A DNA stretch of 64,000 nt from a virus (Duplodnaviria > Caudoviricetes). The stretch lies in the IMG/VR virus record IMGVR_UViG_3300017914_000750, positions 1-64,000 of that record; one strand, written 5' to 3'. The position numbers and the translations under genes are program-made. The notes beneath the pieces are model-generated. The model did no database searches and had not been told where the DNA came from. It saw nothing but the letters and a program-made list of their open reading frames with translations. Numbering within the stretch: the first letter of the stretch is position 1; the number at the start of each line of letters is the position of its first letter. Shown piece after piece: positions 8,350 to 17,151 of the stretch.

Positions 8350-10866
8350 TTATCCAAAAAAGGAGTCTAAACTTGCAACTGGTTCTACATTCCAATTGAT
8401 TAAGTTTACGACAACTTTCAATGGTTCAACAAATGCTTTGTCAAACTGCATATCATAGTCTACGAACCTATGGAGGTCAAACTCTCTTGGTAAGACATTC
8501 ATGAATGATATGACATTCTCATTGATAGGATTTGGTGTTGTTAGATAAGTAAAGTGAATCTTCTCTCCGTTCTTTATCTTCTCATACCTCATGTCCACAT
8601 TCTTTTGTGCAAGGTGGTGATTGTATAGAAGAGAACCACGGACATGGATAGGTGTTCCTTTACCATATATGTTTGTTGTATCTTTGTATTGTGCAAGATT
8701 CTTACAACCTCTAGGGAATGCAACCTCTTCGGGTGGTAAGTTACGAAACTCTTTTCGTGCAGTTTCTACGAACTCCCATAAGTCTTGTTCAGTTCCACTC
8801 ATGACAACCTTGAAAGCTTCTGTAAGTTTTGTTCTGACCCATTGTGGTGTAGAAGACTTTGCAGTCTCGATACCCATCATCTTAAGTTTTGGAACTGCAA
8901 GTCTTACACCTTCGTTGTCGTGGACATTTAGAATGTATCTTTTCTTTGCAGTCCAAATACCACGGTCAGCGATTACCTCTCTCCCCATTTCCATTTTGTT
9001 TTGAAATGCATTTGTGTATTCTGCAAGTTCGTCAAATCCGTCTGCAAGAACTTTCTCAAACATACCTTCGGACTTGTTCAAGAAATCAATAATCTTGGTC
9101 TTGTCTGTTTCTTCGGGAAGGACTTTCTGAACTAGTTTGTCCATAGTGATATAGACTGAATCAGTATCCATTGCAATCACAAAGTCTTCGTTCTCTGTTC
9201 CTAGAGTCTTGTTCATGAAGTCATTGATAGTTCTTTCTGACCACTGAATAATCAACTGACCACTGGTAGTGATTGCCTCTGCAAGGTCAATAGAAAAGAA
9301 TGCAAAGTATTGATTTGCCAAAGCACCATAAGCTGAGTTCAGTGCAATCTTACGAACCATTTGATTGTTGTTTGCTCTCTTGATTAGAGTGTCGAGTTGT
9401 CTTCTTCGTTTTGCGTCTTTGCATGATTCTCGTTCAACTTGATACTCAATCATTTTCTTCTTCCATGCTTTCCTTTCGTCATAGAATTTTTCCATGAGTT
9501 CGGGAAGGAATCCTTGTCGTTCTCTAGAGAACTTTGTTCCGTTAGGACATACTGTATTGTTCTGTTGTTTGAGATATGATAGGTCACATTGTTTGTTGAG
9601 TAATCTTTCAATCGATACATCTTCTTTGTATCCTTTGACCATTTTCTCGGGACTGATATTGTATTGCATAATGATATGTGGATACAGTGAGTTCAAGTCA
9701 AAAGAGACAACCCAGTTATGTCCACCGACCAATGGTTCTTTTACATAGGCACCAATGATAGGTTTGTTTTTATCGTTACCAGTCTTGAGTTTTTGTGGTG
9801 GTGTTTGTATGTTCTGTTCTTTTAGGAAGTTGTATATAATAGTTTCCCAATACTTCACCATTCCAAAAGTGTCATTGTAATTACACTTTGCATTGTAGGA
9901 CATTGCTTGAACCAGTTCGATTAGTCCAAGTTTCTCCTCTAGTTCCTCAACCAATACAGCGTCTTGGACATTGTATTCAAGGAACTTAGGATAGTCTTGT
10001 CGGTAAAGGGTATGTAGATTTCCATACTCTGAATAGTCGAGTTTCCCTTTACCGAGTTCGACATGAGCAATATGGTCTAGTTTGTATGATTCTTGATTTA
10101 CGAATGTATGTTTACGATATAGTTCTAGATAGTCAAGAACATTGATACCGTATAGATTGAATACCATTTGTTTCTGATATCCAAAAGAAGTAAACTCTCT
10201 GACATCTGATTGATTCCATGGTGATAGTTTTTTGTGTTCGTCCTCTCCGATAATCTTATCAATACGATTACAAAGATATGTGATATCGAAACTGTTTACA
10301 TTCCAACCAGTAATGATATCAAAAGATTCTATTCTCCAGTATTTGATAAACTTCAAAAGAAGTTCGGGTTCATTCTTACAGTTGTGATATATTATATCAG
10401 TTCTATTATGTTCCCATGGGCCGATACCAAATACTACAGTTTCTTTTCCAAATGGTTTGATTGATATTGCATTGACCTTTTCATTTGCAAGAATAGGTTC
10501 GGGAAATCCGTCTTCACACTCACACTCAATATCAAGAGAAGCAACCTTAATAAGTTTAGGGTCAAACTCTATATCACCTTGAAACTTATCTGCAATGTAA
10601 GTGTAGATATATCTGTCGTATCCATGGATTTCAAATCCTTCGACACCACTGTATCTCTCTCTGAATTTTCTTGCACCACCCATGGAGTTGAGGTTCACTA
10701 CCTCAAGAGGTCTACCGTCTAATGCACGATAAGCTGTTTCTCCTTTCTTGGACGGGATATAATGATTAGGTCGATAGTCGACTGCAAGTTTGATTTGCTT
10801 TCGACCTTTGTAACCTTTTACTAGAATCTTGTCTCTAGTCCGACAAACATTTGTATAGAAATCCAT
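8350..10866 (-). CDS. gp43: Family B DNA polymerase
   Basis: DIE exonuclease motif, SFDLNSLYP, KIALNSAYG, DTDS, KKRY. Confidence 0.98.
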   Translation of the reverse strand: MDFYTNVCRTRDKILVKGYKGRKQIKLAVDYRPNHYIPSKKGETAYRALDGRPLEVVNLNSMGGARKFRERYSGVEGFEIHGYDRYIYTYIADKFQGDIEFDPKLIKVASLDIECECEDGFPEPILANEKVNAISIKPFGKETVVFGIGPWEHNRTDIIYHNCKNEPELLLKFIKYWRIESFDIITGWNVNSFDITYLCNRIDKIIGEDEHKKLSPWNQSDVREFTSFGYQKQMVFNLYGINVLDYLELYRKHTFVNQESYKLDHIAHVELGKGKLDYSEYGNLHTLYRQDYPKFLEYNVQDAVLVEELEEKLGLIELVQAMSYNAKCNYNDTFGMVKYWETIIYNFLKEQNIQTPPQKLKTGNDKNKPIIGAYVKEPLVGGHNWVVSFDLNSLYPHIIMQYNISPEKMVKGYKEDVSIERLLNKQCDLSYLKQQNNTVCPNGTKFSRERQGFLPELMEKFYDERKAWKKKMIEYQVERESCKDAKRRRQLDTLIKRANNNQMVRKIALNSAYGALANQYFAFFSIDLAEAITTSGQLIIQWSERTINDFMNKTLGTENEDFVIAMDTDSVYITMDKLVQKVLPEETDKTKIIDFLNKSEGMFEKVLADGFDELAEYTNAFQNKMEMGREVIADRGIWTAKKRYILNVHDNEGVRLAVPKLKMMGIETAKSSTPQWVRTKLTEAFKVVMSGTEQDLWEFVETARKEFRNLPPEEVAFPRGCKNLAQYKDTTNIYGKGTPIHVRGSLLYNHHLAQKNVDMRYEKIKNGEKIHFTYLTTPNPINENVISFMNVLPREFDLHRFVDYDMQFDKAFVEPLKVVVNLINWNVEPVASLDSFFG

Positions 10867-10872
10867 GTAGTT

Positions 10873-10902
10873 ATTATACTACAAAGTATACTATTCTGTC
10901 AA
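10873..10902 (-). promoter_or_regulatory. Consensus sigma70 promoter of gp43, leaderless transcript
   Basis: TTGACA-18-TATAAT-6-ATG; no SD sequence. Confidence 0.8.
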
Positions 10903-11121
10903 TGTCCTTTGTGGGTAATCGTTCAATAATTCTTCGACTGCTTCGTATTTTTCTTTTGCAGTTGCATACTTCTCGATTTGAGTATCAAGTGCTTGTGCAA
11001 CCTCGGGGTGTTCACCAATACCAGCTGGATTACCTTGATACACTTCTATGTTTGCAAGTGCAATATCCATTTCTCCACGGTATTGTGATTTTAATGCTTT
11101 CAATAATGATTCTCTACTCAT
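10891..11121 (-). CDS. Conserved T4-like hypothetical protein
   Basis: ANIEVY..NPAGIGEHP motif, familiar from marine myoviruses. Confidence 0.75.
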   Translation of the reverse strand: MSRESLLKALKSQYRGEMDIALANIEVYQGNPAGIGEHPEVAQALDTQIEKYATAKEKYEAVEELLNDYPQRTLTE

Positions 11122-11122
11122 A

Positions 11123-11416
11123 CTATTTCTGAATTTGACCTCTTACATTGTTACCAGTTGCAACCTTGTAATTTGTTTCTAGTTGAGGTCTTGGTTTAAA
11201 TATTGTTTGCACTTGAGATTTTTCAATTACAAACTCGTAATCAGCTGCATACGGAATCCATGGTGCAAAGTTTACTTCCATTTTTCCTTGGTCAGCTGTA
11301 GTTAAAATTATTTGAGGTTCTATGATTTCATAGTTCAGATTTTTCAGAACTTTTGTAAACCCCATGATAACTTCACCAGTGTTTAATCTGATACACTTTA
11401 CTTCATAATCAGCCAT
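11123..11416 (-). CDS. Hypothetical protein (Sm-like T4 conserved family)
   Basis: IRLNTGEVIMG...FAPWIPY. Confidence 0.7.
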   Translation of the reverse strand: MADYEVKCIRLNTGEVIMGFTKVLKNLNYEIIEPQIILTTADQGKMEVNFAPWIPYAADYEFVIEKSQVQTIFKPRPQLETNYKVATGNNVRGQIQK

Positions 11417-11420
11417 AGGA

Positions 11421-11867
11421 CTAAACACTTCTAACTATTTCCTGTAGTTCTATACTTCTTCTACCAACTTGTTTGAACCAACGGGAATCTTCCATTTCAA
11501 CTGCCATTCTCTCCCAATCATGGTCTTCAACTGCATTCAACATGTTCTTGAATTTACCCAGTCTAGTTCCACCTAGATTAAAACACATATTAACTAATAC
11601 TTCTTGAATCTCTGAAGGTAATCCGTCAAATACATCTTTACCAACAACATGTTCAGTTTCAACTAAGTGTTTATCAAAGTCAACTGCATAGTATTCGTCT
11701 ACTACTTCTTGACTTACTGGAGTTCCAGCTGGTTGACCGTGTTCGGGGTCATGTGGTTGAATTAGGTGTCCTACACCTAATGTTAAGTATCCTAGTGAGT
11801 CTTCGTAAATTTCAAGGACTTCACCTTCGTGTCTTTTAATCTGCTCTTTTAGTTTCTCTAAGTTCAT
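11421..11867 (-). CDS. Phage lysozyme (GH24-like endolysin)
   Basis: HEG..IYEDSLG..TLGVGH, NMCFNLG, DSRWFKQVGRR. Confidence 0.9.
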   Translation of the reverse strand: MNLEKLKEQIKRHEGEVLEIYEDSLGYLTLGVGHLIQPHDPEHGQPAGTPVSQEVVDEYYAVDFDKHLVETEHVVGKDVFDGLPSEIQEVLVNMCFNLGGTRLGKFKNMLNAVEDHDWERMAVEMEDSRWFKQVGRRSIELQEIVRSV

Positions 11868-12147
11868 TTTCTTTTTCTCTCTCGATTTGTTCTTGCATAA
11901 GTTCAACAAGAATGTCTCCCATAAGGTTGTTCAATTCACTATTATTTAGGAGTTCGTCCATGTTACCACCTTCGGGTAATCTACGGATTGTTCTCTCAAA
12001 ATTTAAATGATTCTTACCTTCGACAAATTCTACTTTACCGTATTGGTATACTAAATCTTTCCATTCACCGTCAATAATTTCTATTGCAGCGTCCTTTTCA
12101 TGAGGATTCTCTACGACTCTATATGTTTCACCGAACAATTTTGCCAT
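11836..12147 (-). CDS. Conserved T4-like hypothetical protein
   Basis: 103 aa; YQYGKV and MGDILVEL motifs. Confidence 0.7.
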   Translation of the reverse strand: MAKLFGETYRVVENPHEKDAAIEIIDGEWKDLVYQYGKVEFVEGKNHLNFERTIRRLPEGGNMDELLNNSELNNLMGDILVELMQEQIEREKENELRETKRAD

Positions 12148-12664
12148 AAATGTAATCCTCTAATTTCATTGATTGTTGTATATCATAGTTCTCATGAATG
12201 ATTAATCTATCCATGAGATTAAAATTCTTTCTGATATTATCAATCTGAGTTCTTCTACCTTGTAACCAAACTTCTGACTGAGTATCTCCTCTAAGTTTGT
12301 GTCTTTCTTTCTCAGTTTCTAAATCAACGGTAAGTATATAGACTTCAGCTTCATGGTTATCTAACAACCATTCAATGTCTTCATTACGAAAGTATCTATC
12401 TCCTTCTATAATAGTATGTTTATAACGAGGACTTATATCGTCTATAAATGTTCTGAATTGTGGTATAGAACCATGAGATAATTTATCTGTTCCACCAAAG
12501 GTTTCTCCTTCGGGATATCTTCCTACAACTAATATGTTATCATGTAATTGACATTTAAATAAAGGCATAGGTTCAATGTCAACTGGGTCGGGTAAACGAC
12601 TAATGAGATTTCGGGTAAGTGTTGACTTACCCGAACATGGTATTCCCCCAATTAGAAATATCAT
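12128..12664 (-). CDS. P-loop kinase of the type found in phage base-hypermodification loci
   Basis: GGIPCSGKST, GRY...FGGTDKLS, IIEGDR. Confidence 0.75.
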   Translation of the reverse strand: MIFLIGGIPCSGKSTLTRNLISRLPDPVDIEPMPLFKCQLHDNILVVGRYPEGETFGGTDKLSHGSIPQFRTFIDDISPRYKHTIIEGDRYFRNEDIEWLLDNHEAEVYILTVDLETEKERHKLRGDTQSEVWLQGRRTQIDNIRKNFNLMDRLIIHENYDIQQSMKLEDYIYGKIVR

Positions 12665-13656
12665 AATACTAAATCTCTCTCCCTAGGTAAACCACCTTGA
12701 TTTGGGTCGGCAGTTGTAATTTGTGGAAGAAAACCTTTGAACACGACTATGTCATGATACTCAGGCTTTAGATGTTTTTTCATCCAAGCTTTTGCTCTGT
12801 TGAAAGCTTTGAGATAATCTTTTCTTTGTTTCCCAATTTTGTCGTGAATTGGATTCTGTATGAAACCTACGATTTCAATTTTTGCACCATAGTTATCATA
12901 AAGATTTACTATGTCATAGATTTTACTACTAAAGTTACCTTCATATCTCACAAAACCACTTCTATCCCAAGCAGGATTAGAAGTATTTTTAACATAACCT
13001 TTAGTTGGTTGTCCTAATTGTTTTGCTTTTTTGTTTGCTTCGGGTGTTGTATATCCTACAACATTTTCTTCTCTAGTATTACTCTGTCTGAATCTCTTCA
13101 ATACAACTTCAACATCTGTATCTGAAAGAGTTCCATCAGCCATATCTCTGATTTCTGCTCTACAAACATCGTCATCTCTCCAATTGATACAATTTTCATT
13201 TTTCATTTCCACTAAACCTTTTTTGTATGTGTCTAGTGTATTTGGAGTTCCCTGTTTTCTATGGTCTTCTCCAGTATTGAATCGTCTTTTCCATTTGATT
13301 TTGTCTTTTGGAGACTCAAATTGTAAGACTTCGTAAAAGTATCTATTGACACCCATTGATAGTAACGCGGAAAGTCTTCCGAAACCCGAAATGAGTTCGA
13401 GTTGTCCGTCACCTCTCTCTTCAACAACCATAGGTTCTTTAGTGTAATCAACTCCAAATTGTTGAAAGTCTCTAACGATTCCATATTGGTTGTCTTCCAA
13501 AGCAATTTGCCTTGGTTGTTTTAGAACACCATTTTCGTCTGTTGTTACCAATTTAGACAACGGGCCGTCCTGTCTCCCGAGATTTTTTTTGATTCCATTA
13601 CCAGTAATGGGAGGGTAAGCTTTTCTGCTTCTCTCTATATCATAATTTAACTGCAT
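12661..13656 (-). CDS. ParB/Srx-like N-terminal domain protein
   Basis: PMVVEE...ELISGFGRLSAL; GGAG RBS. Confidence 0.6.
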   Translation of the reverse strand: MQLNYDIERSRKAYPPITGNGIKKNLGRQDGPLSKLVTTDENGVLKQPRQIALEDNQYGIVRDFQQFGVDYTKEPMVVEERGDGQLELISGFGRLSALLSMGVNRYFYEVLQFESPKDKIKWKRRFNTGEDHRKQGTPNTLDTYKKGLVEMKNENCINWRDDDVCRAEIRDMADGTLSDTDVEVVLKRFRQSNTREENVVGYTTPEANKKAKQLGQPTKGYVKNTSNPAWDRSGFVRYEGNFSSKIYDIVNLYDNYGAKIEIVGFIQNPIHDKIGKQRKDYLKAFNRAKAWMKKHLKPEYHDIVVFKGFLPQITTADPNQGGLPRERDLVL

Positions 13657-13710
13657 AGTTATACTCCTTGTGCAATTTGTCGTATACCTTCATACCCAGT
13701 ATACAACGGT

Positions 13711-14700
13711 TTATAAAAATTCATCGAGCGACCCATGTTTATCTTTATTATGGGGCCCGATTGGATTCTCAGATTTACCTGCGATACCCATTGTTGCAAC
13801 ATGTTCATCACAATATGCAACACATGATAGTCTCACCCCGTTTCCACTGATAGGTGTAACTCCATGTAATTCGTTTGAATCTGCAATGATAACATCACCA
13901 TCGTCAGCGTCTACTGCAATCCCATATCTAGGGAATGTAAGGTATGCACCTTTGTAATCACCGATTCTGAATACGCACATTGTAGTCAAACCAAATTCTA
14001 AATCCTTTCCGTCTACATGAGCAGACATTTTTGCAGTTCCTTCTGTAGAATATCTGTTTGCAGAAAGAGCTGTTATAGGTGCGCCCCCGATATGATACTT
14101 ACTTTCAATATGGTTATCTGCAAAAGTTCTTTGCATTCTCCATACATCGGGGGCAGCTTTCTTTAATGCACTCTCATTTAATGGTGCAATTCTTTTTAGT
14201 ATTTCCCACTTAGGTTGGTTCTTTACTTTTTCCATCCAACCACTGGCACCAATCATTCCAGTAAATCTTCCTCTTTTGTATCCGATTAAAACTGAATGTA
14301 TTGCATTTGCTTCTGCAATACGATTGAACTTACCATTCTTTTTAAGTGGGTAATATGAATTAGGTGTTCTGAGTTTGTAGTGGACTCCTTCAATCAATCC
14401 TTTCTTTTTCATTTCTTCGTGGTCGATTGGCCCAGCTGCATTTGCTCTCATAGTAGATACATCGTCAATTGAAAACAAAGTATCTTTGATTTCTATTTCA
14501 TTTTTGACATGACCTTTTACTATGGCTGCAAGTAAAGGTTTCTCACCAAGACTTGCATGTGGTTTGTAAATCTTAATTATATCTGCGTCAACTCCTTTTG
14601 AAGTTACGACTTCGTCATAGGAATCTTCGGTAAGAAATTTACCGTTCCATTTGTCGAAGGTTTCTTTAAATCCTAAGTCTTTTGTTGCAGTGTATTCCAT
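13711..14700 (-). CDS. TET/JBP-like 2OG-Fe(II) dioxygenase
   Basis: HVD...LTFPRYGIAVD..DGDVIIAD..ELHGVT...RLSCVAY; overlaps the C5-MTase gene. Confidence 0.8.
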   Translation of the reverse strand: MEYTATKDLGFKETFDKWNGKFLTEDSYDEVVTSKGVDADIIKIYKPHASLGEKPLLAAIVKGHVKNEIEIKDTLFSIDDVSTMRANAAGPIDHEEMKKKGLIEGVHYKLRTPNSYYPLKKNGKFNRIAEANAIHSVLIGYKRGRFTGMIGASGWMEKVKNQPKWEILKRIAPLNESALKKAAPDVWRMQRTFADNHIESKYHIGGAPITALSANRYSTEGTAKMSAHVDGKDLEFGLTTMCVFRIGDYKGAYLTFPRYGIAVDADDGDVIIADSNELHGVTPISGNGVRLSCVAYCDEHVATMGIAGKSENPIGPHNKDKHGSLDEFL

Positions 14701-15932
14701 GGTTCTAAAATCTGTTTTTTAATTTCCTCTACAAGATAGTATAAACATAATGGTGCCACCATTAATCCTATTCTTGCACCCTTATCATTATAGTCACCAG
14801 TCATTTTGTAATCGTTAGGAAGAGTCATAAGTCTCACCATTTCTTTAGGAGTATATATTCTCTTCCCACTATAATGAAAATGATTACCACCCATGAACTT
14901 AGGTTGACACCCTTGTTCTGTTAGGGAATGAGCTGGTAAATGACTTGGAACAATTCTTGACATATAATAAGAATGTTTTTCATTCTCGGGTGGGATATTA
15001 CCTAATCTTATATTCTCTTGATACCAAGGTTTTACTATGTGGTCTCCAACAGAAATGTAAGATAGATTATCTCCGTTCACTCCGTCAACACCTTTACATG
15101 GTGTGCAATGTTCTAGTTCGGGGTCGGGGTGTTTTTCAAATCCATGAACCCAATGACCTTTTGAACTATCAATCATTGCTTGTTCTAAGTATTTTGCGTC
15201 TTCTATATTTTCGGGGTCTGTTTGCAAATCGTCAATTGCTTCCCCGATACTTGTTCTTTCATCACTTGGTTGTGGAAATAATCCACTCAAACACATAAAA
15301 GGCATTCCAATTGCATCTAAAACATCGTCTCTAACACCAACCATGAATACTCTTTCTCTCTTTTGAGGAACTCCATGTTCATGTCCTTTCATGATTTTCC
15401 ATGTTACTGAGTAACCAAGTGCTTCAAAATCTCTTACCATTTTGTTTAGGTGGTCTCTTGCATAATCCATTGATAGACCTTTTACATTCTCACATACAAT
15501 AACCTTAGGCATAAGGTCACCAGTGATTCTAATTTGTTCCCATGTTAGGTCTTCAATGTTTTGTTGTTTCATTCCATATGCAATCTTCTCTTGTTCCCAA
15601 CCTTCTCTTTTAGTTCCAGCCATAGAGAATGGTGGACAAGGTGGAGAACCGTCTAAGATATCTAACTCAAACTTTTTAAGTCCAGTAAGTTCCATGATAT
15701 CTTTACCTGTAACTTGTTTGATATCTTTACACTGGTGAACAGTGTTAGGAAAGTTCTCTAGATATGTGTCAACATGAATCTGTTGGAACTCATTCATGTA
15801 TCTGACATCACCACCTGCGAGTTTATATGCACACGATGAACCACCACCGCCTGCAAAAAATGTGATATAGTTGAATTCTTTTTTGGAACTGCGTTCCTGT
15901 AGGTCTTTTAAATTGTATTGAAAGTAAGTCAT
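14673..15932 (-). CDS. DNA (cytosine-5) methyltransferase
   Basis: FAGGGG (I), GSPPC (IV), ENV (VI), PQKRERVF (VIII), RLMTLP (IX), IGLMV (X). Confidence 0.93.
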   Translation of the reverse strand: MTYFQYNLKDLQERSSKKEFNYITFFAGGGGSSCAYKLAGGDVRYMNEFQQIHVDTYLENFPNTVHQCKDIKQVTGKDIMELTGLKKFELDILDGSPPCPPFSMAGTKREGWEQEKIAYGMKQQNIEDLTWEQIRITGDLMPKVIVCENVKGLSMDYARDHLNKMVRDFEALGYSVTWKIMKGHEHGVPQKRERVFMVGVRDDVLDAIGMPFMCLSGLFPQPSDERTSIGEAIDDLQTDPENIEDAKYLEQAMIDSSKGHWVHGFEKHPDPELEHCTPCKGVDGVNGDNLSYISVGDHIVKPWYQENIRLGNIPPENEKHSYYMSRIVPSHLPAHSLTEQGCQPKFMGGNHFHYSGKRIYTPKEMVRLMTLPNDYKMTGDYNDKGARIGLMVAPLCLYYLVEEIKKQILEPWNTLQQKT

Positions 15933-15968
15933 GTCTCTATTATACACTGACAATAGAGACATTGACTA
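15931..15968 (-). promoter_or_regulatory. Leaderless promoter of the MTase inside an 11-bp perfect inverted repeat
   Basis: TAGTCA-18-TATAAT-6-ATG; ATGTCTCTATT (15931-41) / AATAGAGACAT (15952-62). Confidence 0.65.
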
Positions 15969-15984
15969 GAGGGTTTTTGAAGTT

Positions 15985-16506
15985 TTATGCAACGAAGTCA
16001 TCTCCTTCGTTCCACTCACAACCTGTAAGACCACCAGCTTGTAATCCTTTTAAAGTTCTTAGAACTTCATTGTGATTTCTACCAGTGTCTAATGCATTGA
16101 TTGATGCATGTTGGATAGTTCTATCTTTATCAAAGATAAATGTTGCACGATAACAAACACCTTCTTCTTTATTGACGATACCTAATGTATGTGATAATCC
16201 TAGTCCACAATCAGCTGCAAGTGTATGTCTGATATTACCTATCAACTCATTATCTTGTTTCCATGCTAATTTACAGAACTCATTATCTCCACTGATTCCA
16301 ATGACATTTGCATGGTCGACTAAAGTATCGAAACCAGCAATCTCTGTTGGACATATAAAGGTAAAGTCTTTTGGATAAAAGTAAACTACTGACCAGTCAT
16401 GGTTAGATGGTGGATATTTTTCATCTACTTCAACTCTCACAAATTCATTATTTTCATTGATTCCCTGTAGTGAGAAGGCAGGGAATTTGTCACCGACTGA
16501 TAACAT
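15985..16506 (-). CDS. ahpC: 2-Cys peroxiredoxin (AhpC/TSA)
   Basis: FYPKDFTFICPTE, GRN..EVLR, C-terminal GCEW. Confidence 0.93.
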   Translation of the reverse strand: MLSVGDKFPAFSLQGINENNEFVRVEVDEKYPPSNHDWSVVYFYPKDFTFICPTEIAGFDTLVDHANVIGISGDNEFCKLAWKQDNELIGNIRHTLAADCGLGLSHTLGIVNKEEGVCYRATFIFDKDRTIQHASINALDTGRNHNEVLRTLKGLQAGGLTGCEWNEGDDFVA

Positions 16507-16524
16507 AATTTCTCCTCTTATATA

Positions 16525-16575
16525 AGATTAGACCCTCAGTATAACACCAAAGGTCTAATCTGTAAATAGGGTTTT
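16525..16575 (-). promoter_or_regulatory. Promoter of ahpC with a 10-bp inverted repeat
   Basis: AAAACCCTA-TTTACA-17-TATACT; AGATTAGACC/GGTCTAATCT flank the -10 box. Confidence 0.65.
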
Positions 16576-16984
16576 AAGAAATCTTGATAGTGACTGGTTT
16601 ATCCTCTTCGGGAATAACCTTCTCTAACTTAACAGACAAGATACCGTCTTTTAACTCTGCACCTTCGATTATAACATCGTCTGCAAGAGTCCAACTTCTC
16701 TTGAATGCTCTAGAAGCTAATCCTTTATGGACAAAGTCCTTAGAATCTTCTTCTGTTTTACCCTCAATGATAAGTAGATTTTTCTCTTTAGTAATAGAGA
16801 TATCTTTCTTACCAAAACCAGCAACTGCAAGTTCAACGGTGAAATGTTCATCGTCTTCCTTTACAACATTGTAAGGTGGGTAGTTAGTATTAGTGTGGGA
16901 TTGAAGTCTCTCCAAGTCTTCGAAGTATCTATCAAATCCAATTGCGAACGGTCTGAATTGACCAAATATATCTAAATGCGTCAT
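16574..16984 (-). CDS. hsp20: Small heat shock protein Hsp20 (IbpA-like)
   Basis: IGFD, NYPPYN, ELAVAGF, HKGLASRAF, DGIL, IPEE. Confidence 0.96.
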   Translation of the reverse strand: MTHLDIFGQFRPFAIGFDRYFEDLERLQSHTNTNYPPYNVVKEDDEHFTVELAVAGFGKKDISITKEKNLLIIEGKTEEDSKDFVHKGLASRAFKRSWTLADDVIIEGAELKDGILSVKLEKVIPEEDKPVTIKIS

Positions 16985-16990
16985 ATTTTT

Positions 16991-17040
16991 CTCCTAAATT
17001 TAGCAAGTTTAATATATCCTAACCTCTATTGAGCATTAGG
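16991..17040 (-). promoter_or_regulatory. ROSE-like RNA thermometer
   Basis: CUUGCUA can pair with UAGGAG (SD) leaving the G bulged; upstream hairpin CCUAA-UGCUC-AAUA-GAG-GUUAGG. Confidence 0.65.
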
Positions 17041-17043
17041 TGT

Positions 17044-17106
17044 GAGAACCGAGCTCTTTTGAAGATTATTTCTCCGATTGATAATCCGAGCTCTTTTGAA
17101 GTTCTC
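17044..17106 (-). repeat. 16-bp direct repeat nested in inverted repeats (two-fold symmetric hairpin)
   Basis: CCGAGCTCTTTTGAAG at 17049-64 and 17086-101; stems GAGAAC/GTTCTC and GATTAT/ATAATC. Confidence 0.85.
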
Positions 17107-17115
17107 TACTATATT

Positions 17116-17143
17116 ATATAGGGTCTTTTATGATTTAATCAAG
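17116..17143 (-). promoter_or_regulatory. RpoH (sigma32)-like promoter of hsp20
   Basis: CTTGAT-14-CCCTATAT, compared with consensus CTTGAA-N13-17-CCCCATNT. Confidence 0.55.
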
Positions 17144-17151
17144 GGGCTTTT

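Noticed and set aside
14673-15932. Classical restriction-modification system
   Set aside because: No adjacent endonuclease; the coupled gene is a dioxygenase.
17049-17101. Direct repeats as a mini-CRISPR array
   Set aside because: Only two 16-bp copies with a 21-bp spacer, no cas genes; better explained as a leader structure.
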